Positions 9,832 through 19,160 of a stretch of 64,000 nt of DNA are shown piece after piece. The first letter of the stretch is position 1; every line of letters starts with the position of its first letter. Position numbers and translations under genes: made by a program. The notes under the pieces were generated by a model. The model worked only from the letters and a program-made list of their open reading frames with translations. It searched no databases and was not told the origin of the DNA. Origin of the DNA: Candidatus Sulfotelmatobacter sp. (GTDB lineage: Bacteria; Acidobacteriota; Terriglobia; Acidiferrales; UBA7541); NCBI GenBank assembly GCA_035524015.1, contig DATKPS010000105.1, positions 11,680-75,679 of the forward strand, read 5' to 3'.

Positions 9832-10104
9832 TCATGGGTTCTGGCCAACCCTCTCCCGGGTAATCCACTCCCGGATGTAAAGTGGGCAATTCCGAATGCG
9901 CGTGCCACTGGCCTCGCAGCATGCCAAAAAATTCACCACCTGTTGGTCTACGAGCTTCAGGTCTCCCAAGTCCAACTCGATCTTCTGTCGAGCTGTTTCG
10001 GACGACATCGCCTGTTGCAGTGCCACCAGCTCTTCCGCCGCCAGTCTGCCGCTGATGTTCAGCACCACGCGGTCGCCGTCCGTCCGTTTCAGGATTTTCC
10101 ACAT
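9832..10104 (-). CDS. Small STAS-like protein
   Basis: VVLNISGRL...IELDLGDLKLVD...NCPLYIREWI; lacks DSSG serine; purine-rich GAAAGGAAGAG upstream. Confidence 0.7.
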   Translation of the reverse strand: MWKILKRTDGDRVVLNISGRLAAEELVALQQAMSSETARQKIELDLGDLKLVDQQVVNFLACCEASGTRIRNCPLYIREWITRERVGQNP

Positions 10105-10198
10105 GATGGTTACGCTCTTCCTTTCGCCAAAAGCCTTCCCACCACTCGCGCCTCCGGAACGCGGGTTGAAGACACTTCGCCTGCCAGTCGATTGGAAT

Positions 10199-10214
10199 TG
10201 CAAGAAACCTGCCA
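10199..10214 (-). promoter_or_regulatory. Sigma54 -24/-12 promoter
   Basis: TGGCAGGTTTCTTGCA on - strand; GG-N10-GC. Confidence 0.75.
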
Positions 10215-10274
10215 ATTGCAACACCAACAAAACAAGAAAGTTAATGAGGGTAAAGTTCTCGAACAGCTCGGGAT

Positions 10275-10292
10275 TTCTCGAAACTTCGTGAA
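10275..10292. promoter_or_regulatory. Putative bEBP upstream activator palindrome
   Basis: TTCTCGAA-AC-TTCGTGAA; near copy at 12343-12360. Confidence 0.6.
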
Positions 10293-10297
10293 CTAGC

Positions 10298-12259
10298 CTA
10301 GCGAGCTTGGAACTGGCGCTTATCGATTTTCAGCGATTTGATCTTCGAATCCAGGGTCGAGGCCGGCATCCCCAGCTTGGCGGCGGCGCCCGTGGGACCG
10401 GACACCCGGCCTTTCGTCTCCGCCAGCGCCTCTTCGATGCGTTCCTTCTCCTGATCGACCAGCTCATCCCGTAAAGGCCGGCTGGCGCCCGCGCTCAAGC
10501 GCAGCCAGCTTTCGTCCACCGAAAATTCGGGAGAGTCACACACGATGACCGAGCGCTCGATCACGTTCTGCAGTTCGCGAATATTGCCCGGCCAGGAATA
10601 GGATTGCAGATGCGCCAGGGTCTTCCGGTCGATGCTGCTGATCTTCTTCCCCATTTTGCTGGCGTAGCGGTCGATGAAGTATTCCACCAGCAGGCGAATG
10701 TCTTCCCGGCGTTCGCGCAGCGGTGGCACTTCCACGGGAAATACGTTGATGCGGTAAAACAGGTCACTCCGAAACGTGCCGGCGGCAACGGCGGAGGGCA
10801 AATCGCGGTGCGTCGCGGTAATGACCCGCACATCCGCACGAATTGGGCGGCTCCCTCCCACGCGATCGAATTCGCGCTCCTGTAAAACGCGAAGCAAGGC
10901 CACTTGCGTCTCTGGCGTCAACTCACCAATCTCATCTAGAAAAATCGTGCCTCCTTCGGCCAGCTCGAAACGCCCCAAGCGCTTCTGCAAAGCGCCGGTG
11001 AAAGCTCCCTTCTCGTGGCCGAACAGTTCGGAAGCGATCAGATCGCGAGGGATGGCCGCGCAGTTCACACTGACAAACGCTCGTGCGGCACGCGGAGAAC
11101 GGCGGTGAATCGCGCGGGCAATGAGTTCCTTGCCGGTGCCCGTTTCGCCGGTAATCAACACCGTGGAATCGCTGGGCGCCACTTTGGAAACGCGCGTCAG
11201 CACCGCTTGCAACGCGGGCGAAGTCCCCACGATCTCCTCGAACATCGACGCTTTATCTACTTCCTCGCGCAGCGCCAGATTTTCGCGTTGCGTGCGATCT
11301 TGCGCGCGTTTCTGTTCATCGATGTCGGTGCGCACGCCGCACCAGCGGCTGATGTTCCCGTGTTCGTCGCGCAGCGGATTCAGCTGGTACAGGAACCAGT
11401 GATACTCGCCATCGTGCCGGCGCATGCGCACTTCCATCTCAAACAATTCCCCGCGCGCCATCGCCTCTCTGATCCCGCTCTTGAGCCCCTCCACATCGTC
11501 CGGGTGGGCCACCTCGTCCAGGAACATCATCGGCGGCTTCAGCGGAATCGGGCCGAAATATTCCCGCGCCGCGCGGTTGCCATAGGACACGTTGGCGTCG
11601 GCTTCCCAGATAAACATGTGCAGCGGCGCCAGATCGATCACTTGCTTCAGTTCCTGTGCCCGCTTCTGCTCTGCCGCTTCCGATTGCCGGAGCGCCTCGA
11701 ACGCTTGGGCATTGGTTATGGCCACGGCCGCCTGATCGGCAAACATCTTTAGCCAACTCGAGTCTTGTTGCGTCAATGGTTCGCGGGCGAAGATTCCCAG
11801 AACGCCTAGGATTTCTCCGCGCGAGACCAGAGGATGCCCCACGAAACTGCGAATCGCTTCTTTCTTGGCCCACTCTGGTTGAGCAATCCACTGGCTGTCT
11901 TGCGCAATATCTTCGACCAGGACTGATTGACCAGTCGTCCCGATTACACCTACCTTCCGCTGATGTCCTTTGGGAATTCGCTGAAAGCGCCCCTCGATCG
12001 ACGACCAGTTCTCGGTCTTGTCCTTGGTACTCCCGGCACTCGCTACCAAGTGAAAACACTCGGTCTGATCAGCACACTCGTTGCGCAGAACACAATTCTG
12101 ATCACAAAGGTCACCGGGACCGAGCAGCCAGATGCGCGCAAGCGCAACACCAGGCTGCGCGGCGAGCCCGCGCACGGTAGCAATTAGCACATTGCTCGCG
12201 CGGTGCTCCCCAGCCACCTGTGCAGCAAGTGTGAGCAACGGTTCAGCTTGCAACGACAT
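10298..12259 (-). CDS. Sigma54-dependent activator (GAF-PAS-AAA+-HTH, FhlA-like)
   Basis: GETGTGKE, ELFGHEKGAFTGA, FLDEIGE, WPGNIRELQN, C-terminal HTH; start taken at MSLQAEP. Confidence 0.95.
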   Translation of the reverse strand: MSLQAEPLLTLAAQVAGEHRASNVLIATVRGLAAQPGVALARIWLLGPGDLCDQNCVLRNECADQTECFHLVASAGSTKDKTENWSSIEGRFQRIPKGHQRKVGVIGTTGQSVLVEDIAQDSQWIAQPEWAKKEAIRSFVGHPLVSRGEILGVLGIFAREPLTQQDSSWLKMFADQAAVAITNAQAFEALRQSEAAEQKRAQELKQVIDLAPLHMFIWEADANVSYGNRAAREYFGPIPLKPPMMFLDEVAHPDDVEGLKSGIREAMARGELFEMEVRMRRHDGEYHWFLYQLNPLRDEHGNISRWCGVRTDIDEQKRAQDRTQRENLALREEVDKASMFEEIVGTSPALQAVLTRVSKVAPSDSTVLITGETGTGKELIARAIHRRSPRAARAFVSVNCAAIPRDLIASELFGHEKGAFTGALQKRLGRFELAEGGTIFLDEIGELTPETQVALLRVLQEREFDRVGGSRPIRADVRVITATHRDLPSAVAAGTFRSDLFYRINVFPVEVPPLRERREDIRLLVEYFIDRYASKMGKKISSIDRKTLAHLQSYSWPGNIRELQNVIERSVIVCDSPEFSVDESWLRLSAGASRPLRDELVDQEKERIEEALAETKGRVSGPTGAAAKLGMPASTLDSKIKSLKIDKRQFQAR

Positions 12260-12342
12260 TCTCCGTGATTGCAGGGGGGATTTTACACCATTGTTTCTCG
12301 TACCGATGTGATCCCTTGCTCTGCGGGCGTCCCGAGCAAGCT

Positions 12343-12360
12343 TTCCTGACACTTCGTGAA
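12343..12360. promoter_or_regulatory. Putative bEBP upstream activator palindrome
   Basis: TTCCTGAC-AC-TTCGTGAA, followed by related TTCCCGAA...TTGGGAA. Confidence 0.55.
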
Positions 12361-12419
12361 TTCCCGAAGTCCTTGGGAAGCCAATCCTACCCAAGTCCAT
12401 GCGAATCAAGGACTTGGTT

Positions 12420-12435
12420 TGGCTCCCGCTTTGCA
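12420..12435 (+). promoter_or_regulatory. Sigma54 -24/-12 promoter
   Basis: TGGCTCCCGCTTTGCA; GG-N10-GC, 57 bp before the DUF3300 ATG. Confidence 0.7.
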
Positions 12436-12492
12436 TTCTCCAGGTCAAGCGACAAATCCAAAACAGTCGCGGATTAACAGACGGAGGATGTC

Positions 12493-14277
12493 ATGCAAAG
12501 AACAAACGCGACTTTGAGCTTGGCAGCTTTTTGGCTCGTCTCGCTGATTTTTGCTTTCCCCACGTTTGCCCAGCAACCGCCGGACAACGTCGAGGGCAAC
12601 TGGACGATTTACTCAACCAGAATTCAGGACGGCGCGATCGAAACCAAGCATGTGCAAATTGCTCAGTACGGTAACCGGATCACCGGATATTTTGAAGGCC
12701 CGGTCCAGTCTGGCCCCATCCAGGGCGACGTCGATGTCCACCACATCAGATTCAGCACCGTCACCAGCAACGTTCTCACGTTTCGCGGACAGATTTATGG
12801 AAACAATATGAGCGGTACGTACGGTCTTCACGGCAAGCACGCACCGTGGCAGGCCATGCGCACTTCCGGCGGCCCTGTCGAAGTGGAGCCGGCGGTGAGT
12901 TATTCGCAGCCCGTACTAACTCCGCCTGCTCCCGCTGCACCGGGCTACATGCCGACGCCTGTGACCGTGCCGCAAACAGCTACGTACTCTGCAACCACGA
13001 GCGCGCCGCAAAGCAATCCTGCGCCAATTCCGGCAGCGCTCTCTTCGGATCAACTTGACGCCCTGGTTGCTCCCATCGCGCTCTACCCTGACGCGCTGGT
13101 TGCACAGGTGCTCGCAGCCTCAACAAATCCAGACCAAGTGGCCTATGCCGACGACTGGCTGGCACAAAACCGTAACCTGACAGGCACGGCCCTCGAGCAA
13201 GCGACTGACCAGCAATCCTGGGATCCCAGCGTCAAGGCTCTGACACAGTTCCCTTCTGTCTTGGATAACCTGGCTCACAACCTCTCGTGGACCTCGAGCC
13301 TCGGCCAGGCCTTCGCCAATCAACAGTCCGACGTCATGATGGCCGTGCAAGTGATGCGCGCCAAGGCGCAAGCCGCGGGGACGCTGCAGTCCAATTCACA
13401 GATCACGGTCACGCAACCTGCAGCGAACACCATCGTGATTCAGCCGGCGAACCCACAGATTGTCTATGTTCCACAGTACAACCCCACGATCGTCTACGGT
13501 GCGCCCGTGGTGGTGCCCATGTACGTGGCTCCGCCGCTGCCCGTCGCTTCGGTTGGTCTCTACTTCGGGACCGGCATTACGATTGGCGCTGCGTTCGGAG
13601 GTGGCGGCTGGGGCGGCGGCTTTGGCTGGGGCTGGCACGCCTGGAATGTGAACTGGGGCGGCTGGGGTGGTGGCGGCGGTTCGACGATCATCTTCAACCA
13701 CAACACTTACATCAATAACCACACCTGGAACAACACCAACTACAACGGTTATCACCCTTGGGGAGGCGGAGCTGCTGGGTCGCAAAACCACGCTTGGTAT
13801 GGTGCCAACGGCACCTTTCATCCCGACGGGAACTACAAGCCGGGCGAAGACACGCACTATGGCCCGAACGGCGGATATCACCCAAACGGGTATTTCGGTC
13901 CTGACGGAGGCTGGCACGCGGACAAAGGCACCGGCGCGAACACCCCAAACGGCGGGAACAATGGAAATCACGGCCTGATCGGTGGCAACGGCGGCGTTCA
14001 GAACCGAAATGCGGGCATGAATGGCCCGGGTGTCGCACCCCCGGGCGGCTATCACAATGATGGACACCAAGGCGGGACTTATCTCGGAGCCAGTAACGAC
14101 CGCTCGAACGCCAGGAATCTGGGCAGTTCGCGCATGAGCGGCGACGGTACGCGGAGTCGCATGGAAAGCAACCGCGGCCGTGAAAGCATGGCTGGCCGCA
14201 GGCCCCAACAACACATGGCTCGCGAACACGCACCTGCGGAACACCACTCCGGTGGTGGCGGCGGACGGCGTCGCTAG
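12493..14277 (+). CDS. DUF3300 domain exported protein
   Basis: Signal peptide; QLDALVAPIALYPDALVAQVLAAST, WDPSVKAL.QFP, IVYVPQYNP; Gly/Asn/His-rich tail. Confidence 0.9.
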   Translation: MQRTNATLSLAAFWLVSLIFAFPTFAQQPPDNVEGNWTIYSTRIQDGAIETKHVQIAQYGNRITGYFEGPVQSGPIQGDVDVHHIRFSTVTSNVLTFRGQIYGNNMSGTYGLHGKHAPWQAMRTSGGPVEVEPAVSYSQPVLTPPAPAAPGYMPTPVTVPQTATYSATTSAPQSNPAPIPAALSSDQLDALVAPIALYPDALVAQVLAASTNPDQVAYADDWLAQNRNLTGTALEQATDQQSWDPSVKALTQFPSVLDNLAHNLSWTSSLGQAFANQQSDVMMAVQVMRAKAQAAGTLQSNSQITVTQPAANTIVIQPANPQIVYVPQYNPTIVYGAPVVVPMYVAPPLPVASVGLYFGTGITIGAAFGGGGWGGGFGWGWHAWNVNWGGWGGGGGSTIIFNHNTYINNHTWNNTNYNGYHPWGGGAAGSQNHAWYGANGTFHPDGNYKPGEDTHYGPNGGYHPNGYFGPDGGWHADKGTGANTPNGGNNGNHGLIGGNGGVQNRNAGMNGPGVAPPGGYHNDGHQGGTYLGASNDRSNARNLGSSRMSGDGTRSRMESNRGRESMAGRRPQQHMAREHAPAEHHSGGGGGRRR

Positions 14278-14334
14278 GGACCTAAATCCGGATCGGGCAA
14301 ACGAATAAAAAGGAACCGTAAAAGGAGATTTAAA

Positions 14335-15303
14335 ATGACTTCGAATGAAAGCAAAACGGGAATTTGGAAGAAATTGCTAGTGATTACTGGGCTGGTTCTC
14401 GTCGGTACCATGATCGCCGGCGTCGGAATCCTGGCTCGAAAGGTGGAATCTAACAGTTCCGCCACCACCGTCAGCCAGGCCACCTACCGGTCGCCGGAGA
14501 ACGCAGCCGCGGCGTTGGCTCAGGCTGCCAAGAGCGGCGATCCGAACGCACTCGTGCCCGTGCTCGGTGGCCAGGCGAAAGCCCTCATCACCACCGGTGA
14601 CTATGCATCCGACAAGGCCGCCATGGACGCCTTTGTCTCCAAGTACCGGCAAATGAACCGTTGGGTCGACATGACGGACGGCACCCGCGTTCTTTATATT
14701 GGCGCCGACAACTTCGCCTTCCCCGTGCCGTTGGCTAAGAATTCTTCCGGCCAATGGTATTTCGATGGCGTCGCCGGAGCCGAGGAAATCCGCGCCCGCG
14801 AAATCGGCAGGAACGAACTCCTGGCCATTGACGCCTGCATCGCATTCGCCAACGCGGAGGAACTCTATTTCGCCAGCAGCAATTCTCCGGAATATACCCG
14901 GCGCATTATCAGCACCACGGGCAAGCAAGATGGCCTCTACTGGCCCGCTCCCGATGCCCACACCTCCAGTCCTCTCGGGCACCTCAGCAAATTCCCGAAA
15001 ACCTCGCTCGCTTCCTATTCACCGGACCAGCCCTTCGTCATCGATGGCTACAGCCTCCGCATTCTCCCGGCCCAGGGCCAAGATGCCCCGGGCGGCGCCG
15101 CGAGCTATATCGTGAATGGGAAAATGACTGGCGGCTTCGCCGTCCTCGCAACTCCCGTCAAGTATGCCGAAACCGGCATCATGACCTTTATGATCAGCCG
15201 TGACGGCATGGTTTACGAACAGGATTTGGGGCCGGACACGACGAAAATCACTACCGCCCTGCAGGAATACAACCCCGATGAGAACTGGTCCTTGGTAGAG
15301 TAA
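14335..15303 (+). CDS. DUF2950 family protein
   Basis: FPVPL...WYFD..AG.EEI..R.IGRNEL, GKQDGLYW, TGIMTF...VYEQDLG; usual partner of DUF3300. Confidence 0.9.
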   Translation: MTSNESKTGIWKKLLVITGLVLVGTMIAGVGILARKVESNSSATTVSQATYRSPENAAAALAQAAKSGDPNALVPVLGGQAKALITTGDYASDKAAMDAFVSKYRQMNRWVDMTDGTRVLYIGADNFAFPVPLAKNSSGQWYFDGVAGAEEIRAREIGRNELLAIDACIAFANAEELYFASSNSPEYTRRIISTTGKQDGLYWPAPDAHTSSPLGHLSKFPKTSLASYSPDQPFVIDGYSLRILPAQGQDAPGGAASYIVNGKMTGGFAVLATPVKYAETGIMTFMISRDGMVYEQDLGPDTTKITTALQEYNPDENWSLVE

Positions 15304-15399
15304 ACACAATTCCCGAGGCGATCAGCGGGAAGCGTCCACGGGCGACGCCTCCCGTTGCGCCGTTTCCGCCCGCAGTTCAAGCCTTGATAGGAGCTTCCA

Positions 15400-16113
15400 A
15401 TGCACGATAGTTACGCCTTGCGCTCTCGAGAGACTTCCCTTCGCGCGCAAATGGGTGAATTTTGGTCCGGGGACATCGGCCTCACCCTGCTCACTCTTTC
15501 CCTGGCCGCTCTGGTCTTCGTGATCACCCCACTGCGTGAAGCGGGTCTAACCAGCCGAGCCGCACTCGACTTCATCATCATGGTGCTCATGGTCTATGGC
15601 GCGGTCGTCGTCAAACAGAATCGCGTCGATACCCTCCTGGTGATCGCCTTCATTTTTGTGACCGGCGTGCTTCTGGCTACGGGCCGATTGCATCCCACCC
15701 CGCTGTTGCACCAGATCGGCTGTGTCCTCACCACTATCACCCTGCTTCTTTATATTCGCATCGTGCTCCTGGTCATGTTTCGCACCGGTCCGATCACCTG
15801 GAACCGCGTCCAGGGCGGGATCTGTGCCTATCTGCTTGTCGGCATGGTTTGGGCCTCGGCGTTTCAGATTGTCGAGCAATCCCACCCCGGTTCCTTTCAT
15901 TTCGTTAACGCGCCCGCGGATTTCGATCAACTCATCTCCAAACTGACCTATTACAGTTTTTGCACGCTCACCACGCTCGGCAGCGATGTCTCGCCCATTT
16001 CTCCCATCGCCCGCTCCCTCACTGTAGCCGAGGCCACCGTAGGCCAACTCTTCCCCGCCATTTTTATCGGCGCACTCGTCGCCATGGCCATGCAATCCCG
16101 CACCAAACCCTGA
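15400..16113 (+). CDS. Potassium-channel-family (Ion_trans_2) membrane protein with atypical filter
   Basis: Multi-TM; YYSFCTLTTLGSDVSP..ARSLTVAEATVGQLF pore region. Confidence 0.8.
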   Translation: MHDSYALRSRETSLRAQMGEFWSGDIGLTLLTLSLAALVFVITPLREAGLTSRAALDFIIMVLMVYGAVVVKQNRVDTLLVIAFIFVTGVLLATGRLHPTPLLHQIGCVLTTITLLLYIRIVLLVMFRTGPITWNRVQGGICAYLLVGMVWASAFQIVEQSHPGSFHFVNAPADFDQLISKLTYYSFCTLTTLGSDVSPISPIARSLTVAEATVGQLFPAIFIGALVAMAMQSRTKP

Positions 16114-16158
16114 TTCCAGAACGGCCAGAGCCAGCACACCACGTGCTATAAAAGGGGA

Positions 16159-17118
16159 ATGCGCCTACACGATTACGCACCCCGTCCCGCGCAGCTGCAA
16201 TGGCTTCTCGATTCCGACCCGGCCATCCGCTGGCAGGTTATGCGCGACCTCATCGATGCACCGCCTAAAGCGGTCGCCGCCGAGCGCTCTCGCGTCGCAA
16301 CAGATGGCTGGGCCGCCCGGCTTCTCGCCCGCCAATCTCCCGCTGGCAACTGGGGCAGCCCTCAGGAAGACCGAAGCTTACTTGTCACCCTCTACAGTCT
16401 CGTTGTGTTGATGGACCTCGGTCTTGACCCCGCTAGCAAGCACGCCCGCAAAATGATCGATCGCGTCGATAAACGGCTCGTGTTTAAGCCGCTCAACAAC
16501 CGCCCTTTCCTTCACGGGGAAACGGAGCCCTGCATCAACGGCAGAATCCTCGCCATTGGCGCATATTTCAATCAACCAAATCGCCGGCTGGCCAATCAAC
16601 TCCTGCGCCAGCAACTCGAAGATGGCGGCTGGAACTGCGAAGCAGTGGAACCTTCGCCAAAACGTCCGAAAAGCCGCCGCTCTTCCTTCCATACCACCAT
16701 CTGCGTGCTCGAGGGACTGCTCGCCTACGAACGCACTGGGCGCAAATCGGCGGCGCTCACGAAGGCCCGCAAGCGCGGCGAAAACTATCTGCTCGAGCGC
16801 CGCATGTTCCGCTCGCTCCGCACCCGCGAAGTCATCGACGAACGCTGGATGCGCTTCTCGTTCCCAACTTTTTGGCACTACGATGTCTTGCGCGGACTCG
16901 ATTATCTGCGGGATGCGGGAGTTAAACCCGACCGCCGCGTTCGTGAGGCTATCGAAACCGTGATCGAGCGCCGTCACCAGAACGGCCGCTGGCCGCTCAA
17001 CCTCCTTCATCGCGAGCATATCCCCTTGGAGATGGAAACGGACGTAGGGCACGCCAGCCGCTGGAACACCTTGCGCGCGCTCCGCGTCCTGCGTTGGTAC
17101 ACAAACTCATCGTCGTAG
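16159..17118 (+). CDS. Conserved protein, terpene cyclase/prenyltransferase-like alpha-barrel
   Basis: WLLDSDPAIRWQ, QQLEDGGWNC, HQNGRW QW-like motifs, FSFPTFWHYD. Confidence 0.6.
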   Translation: MRLHDYAPRPAQLQWLLDSDPAIRWQVMRDLIDAPPKAVAAERSRVATDGWAARLLARQSPAGNWGSPQEDRSLLVTLYSLVVLMDLGLDPASKHARKMIDRVDKRLVFKPLNNRPFLHGETEPCINGRILAIGAYFNQPNRRLANQLLRQQLEDGGWNCEAVEPSPKRPKSRRSSFHTTICVLEGLLAYERTGRKSAALTKARKRGENYLLERRMFRSLRTREVIDERWMRFSFPTFWHYDVLRGLDYLRDAGVKPDRRVREAIETVIERRHQNGRWPLNLLHREHIPLEMETDVGHASRWNTLRALRVLRWYTNSSS

Positions 17119-17191
17119 CTTCATCCTTCTGGAACACAGCCTACGGTAAGGTTTTCTGCTGGCTAAATAGGACCTCAGATCCTCGATGCCA

Positions 17192-18271
17192 TTACTGCGG
17201 CGCTACCCGGAACCGGTACTCCGCCAAACGCGCATCCTTCTTCTGCAACACTGGCTGCGCAATGTGTTTCAGGTACTGATCGAAAAAGGCGATTCCATAT
17301 TCGTCAATCAGACGCATGTTGGTTTGGCCCGCAGCGCAAGACGCGGTCGTCTGATACTCGCCGCAATTCGTCCAGGCCAGATGCGCCGCCTGTCTCAGCA
17401 CCAACAGATAAACCGGGGGATTCGCCGCCGCAAAAGCGCCCTTTTCTCCTTCGAGAAAGGGGGTAATCCCCACATCCAAAGTGCCGCCCTGATACATCAA
17501 CGGCACGCGGATTCCCCCGAGCGTTTGTTTCACCTGAAATGGCATCACGTATGGAGAAAGGGCTAATACTGCGCGTATCCGCGAATCACGCCAGCTTGGC
17601 CATCCGCCGGCCAGGCCAACGACCGTATATCCTCCCAACGAATGGCCCGCCGCCCCGATTTTCTCTGCATCAATCACCGGCGCGAACTCAGGGCTCGCAA
17701 GCAACTCAGTGATCAACGCCTCTACATCGTCGCGACGATCCACAAATGTTTTTTCGTCCCAAGTTTCCGGCTTGAACACGCTGGGTTGCCGTGCCGGCGG
17801 ATGCTTCCCGGGCTCGACTTCGGTGTGGCAGATCGCGGCGTCCGCGTGATCGGGCGCGGCTACTACATAGTTGTGGCGGGCTAACTCCTCGGTGAATGCC
17901 ACCGACTGAAGCCCGCAACCATAATCGCCATGAGAAAACACCACCAACGGGACCTTCTTCCCGCAAACCGCGGCTGGCGCGGCATTAACGGCCAGCATGC
18001 TCGAAAATCCCTGACGGTACTCATGGTTCTGAGGCTGCGCCAAGGTGGGATACCACACCGCCACGGGTCTGTCATGCACCCGCAAAACGCGATACCCCAC
18101 CGCTGCCAAGGTGCATTCGCTCTGCGCGTCCTCTGGAATCTCCCCGGTCGAGCTCGCAGCGAAATGCTCGGCTCGCAGCATCCGCCCGGATTGCCGAGCG
18201 CGGCGGCGTGCGAAGTGCACAAGCCCAGCCACCGCCACCAACACCACAATCAGCGCGAAGACGCGTCGCAT
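17192..18271 (-). CDS. Alpha/beta hydrolase (dienelactone hydrolase/PAF-AH-like)
   Basis: PLVVFSHG, YVVAAPDH, GHSLGG nucleophile elbow; N-terminal TM; RBS AGGAGG. Confidence 0.85.
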   Translation of the reverse strand: MRRVFALIVVLVAVAGLVHFARRRARQSGRMLRAEHFAASSTGEIPEDAQSECTLAAVGYRVLRVHDRPVAVWYPTLAQPQNHEYRQGFSSMLAVNAAPAAVCGKKVPLVVFSHGDYGCGLQSVAFTEELARHNYVVAAPDHADAAICHTEVEPGKHPPARQPSVFKPETWDEKTFVDRRDDVEALITELLASPEFAPVIDAEKIGAAGHSLGGYTVVGLAGGWPSWRDSRIRAVLALSPYVMPFQVKQTLGGIRVPLMYQGGTLDVGITPFLEGEKGAFAAANPPVYLLVLRQAAHLAWTNCGEYQTTASCAAGQTNMRLIDEYGIAFFDQYLKHIAQPVLQKKDARLAEYRFRVAPQ

Positions 18272-18365
18272 TCCCGGAACCTCCTGGCATCCAGCCGAAA
18301 GCTGCACCGCAGACAGCGCTTACCCAGGCCGGCTCAGCCGGCTCGACCCAGCGACCATTTCTTTC

Positions 18366-18884
18366 CTACTTCTTCTGGATCCACGCGCTCTTCTGCGAGA
18401 TCGACAGCAGCCACTGCCCTTCCGCTTCATCCACTTCCGTCAAGTTGAAGTCCAGCGCTTGCACCAGCAGGCTGACCACGAAGTAGTACGTCCTTCCCTC
18501 TTCTGCTCTGATCACCATCGCGCCGCCATCCTGCTGTCGGATCTTTAGCTTCGATTGCCAGTCCGCGCAGATGTTATGGCCTCCCGGCTCCAGCTCAAAG
18601 GAGAAATAGCCCTTCCCCGTATTCGCCCCCACCCAGTTTCCATCCACGCCCACCCGCGTCGTGAAACCTGTTTGATTCGTGCCCACAATTTCCAGCACGT
18701 AAACTCGCGCCTTACCCGGTGACGGCGCAAGCACTCCCTTCTCGGGCGCGTCCAGCGTCACTTCGTACTGCGTCTTCTGCGGGCCGCAACCTGCCCCCGT
18801 CCGGAAATCCGTCGATGCATTCGGGGCGTTCTGGCCGTACAGCGGTGCCGCACACACCAATACCAGCAACATGATCTTGCGCAT
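18366..18884 (-). CDS. Exported DUF2846-like protein
   Basis: Signal peptide; GKARVYV...VDGNWVGA...YFSFELEPGGHNIC...EEGRTYYF. Confidence 0.7.
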   Translation of the reverse strand: MRKIMLLVLVCAAPLYGQNAPNASTDFRTGAGCGPQKTQYEVTLDAPEKGVLAPSPGKARVYVLEIVGTNQTGFTTRVGVDGNWVGANTGKGYFSFELEPGGHNICADWQSKLKIRQQDGGAMVIRAEEGRTYYFVVSLLVQALDFNLTEVDEAEGQWLLSISQKSAWIQKK

Positions 18885-19160
18885 GCGTCTTCTCCTCGAA
18901 TCCTTTTCTGCTGCTGACTCCGCCTTCTGCCTCTAGGACGCCTCGCCGCCTCTTCCCGTTTCGTCTTCTTTCCCCTTTGTGCCCTTTCCGCACCGGCAGC
19001 TCACACGTATCCCTCGTCATTTTGCCGAGTATCCACTCGTCTCGGGTTGTCATCACATTAAACACGGCGGTTGGCACGGAATGCAGGCTTTGACTTCTTG
19101 GGGCCGTGCATTACGCTTGTCATTCGCTTGAAGCGATACGACGCCGTCCCGAAATTCGCT

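Noticed and set aside
19071-19085. TTGGCACGGAATGCA as a sigma54 promoter
   Set aside because: GG-GC spacing is 8, not the required 10
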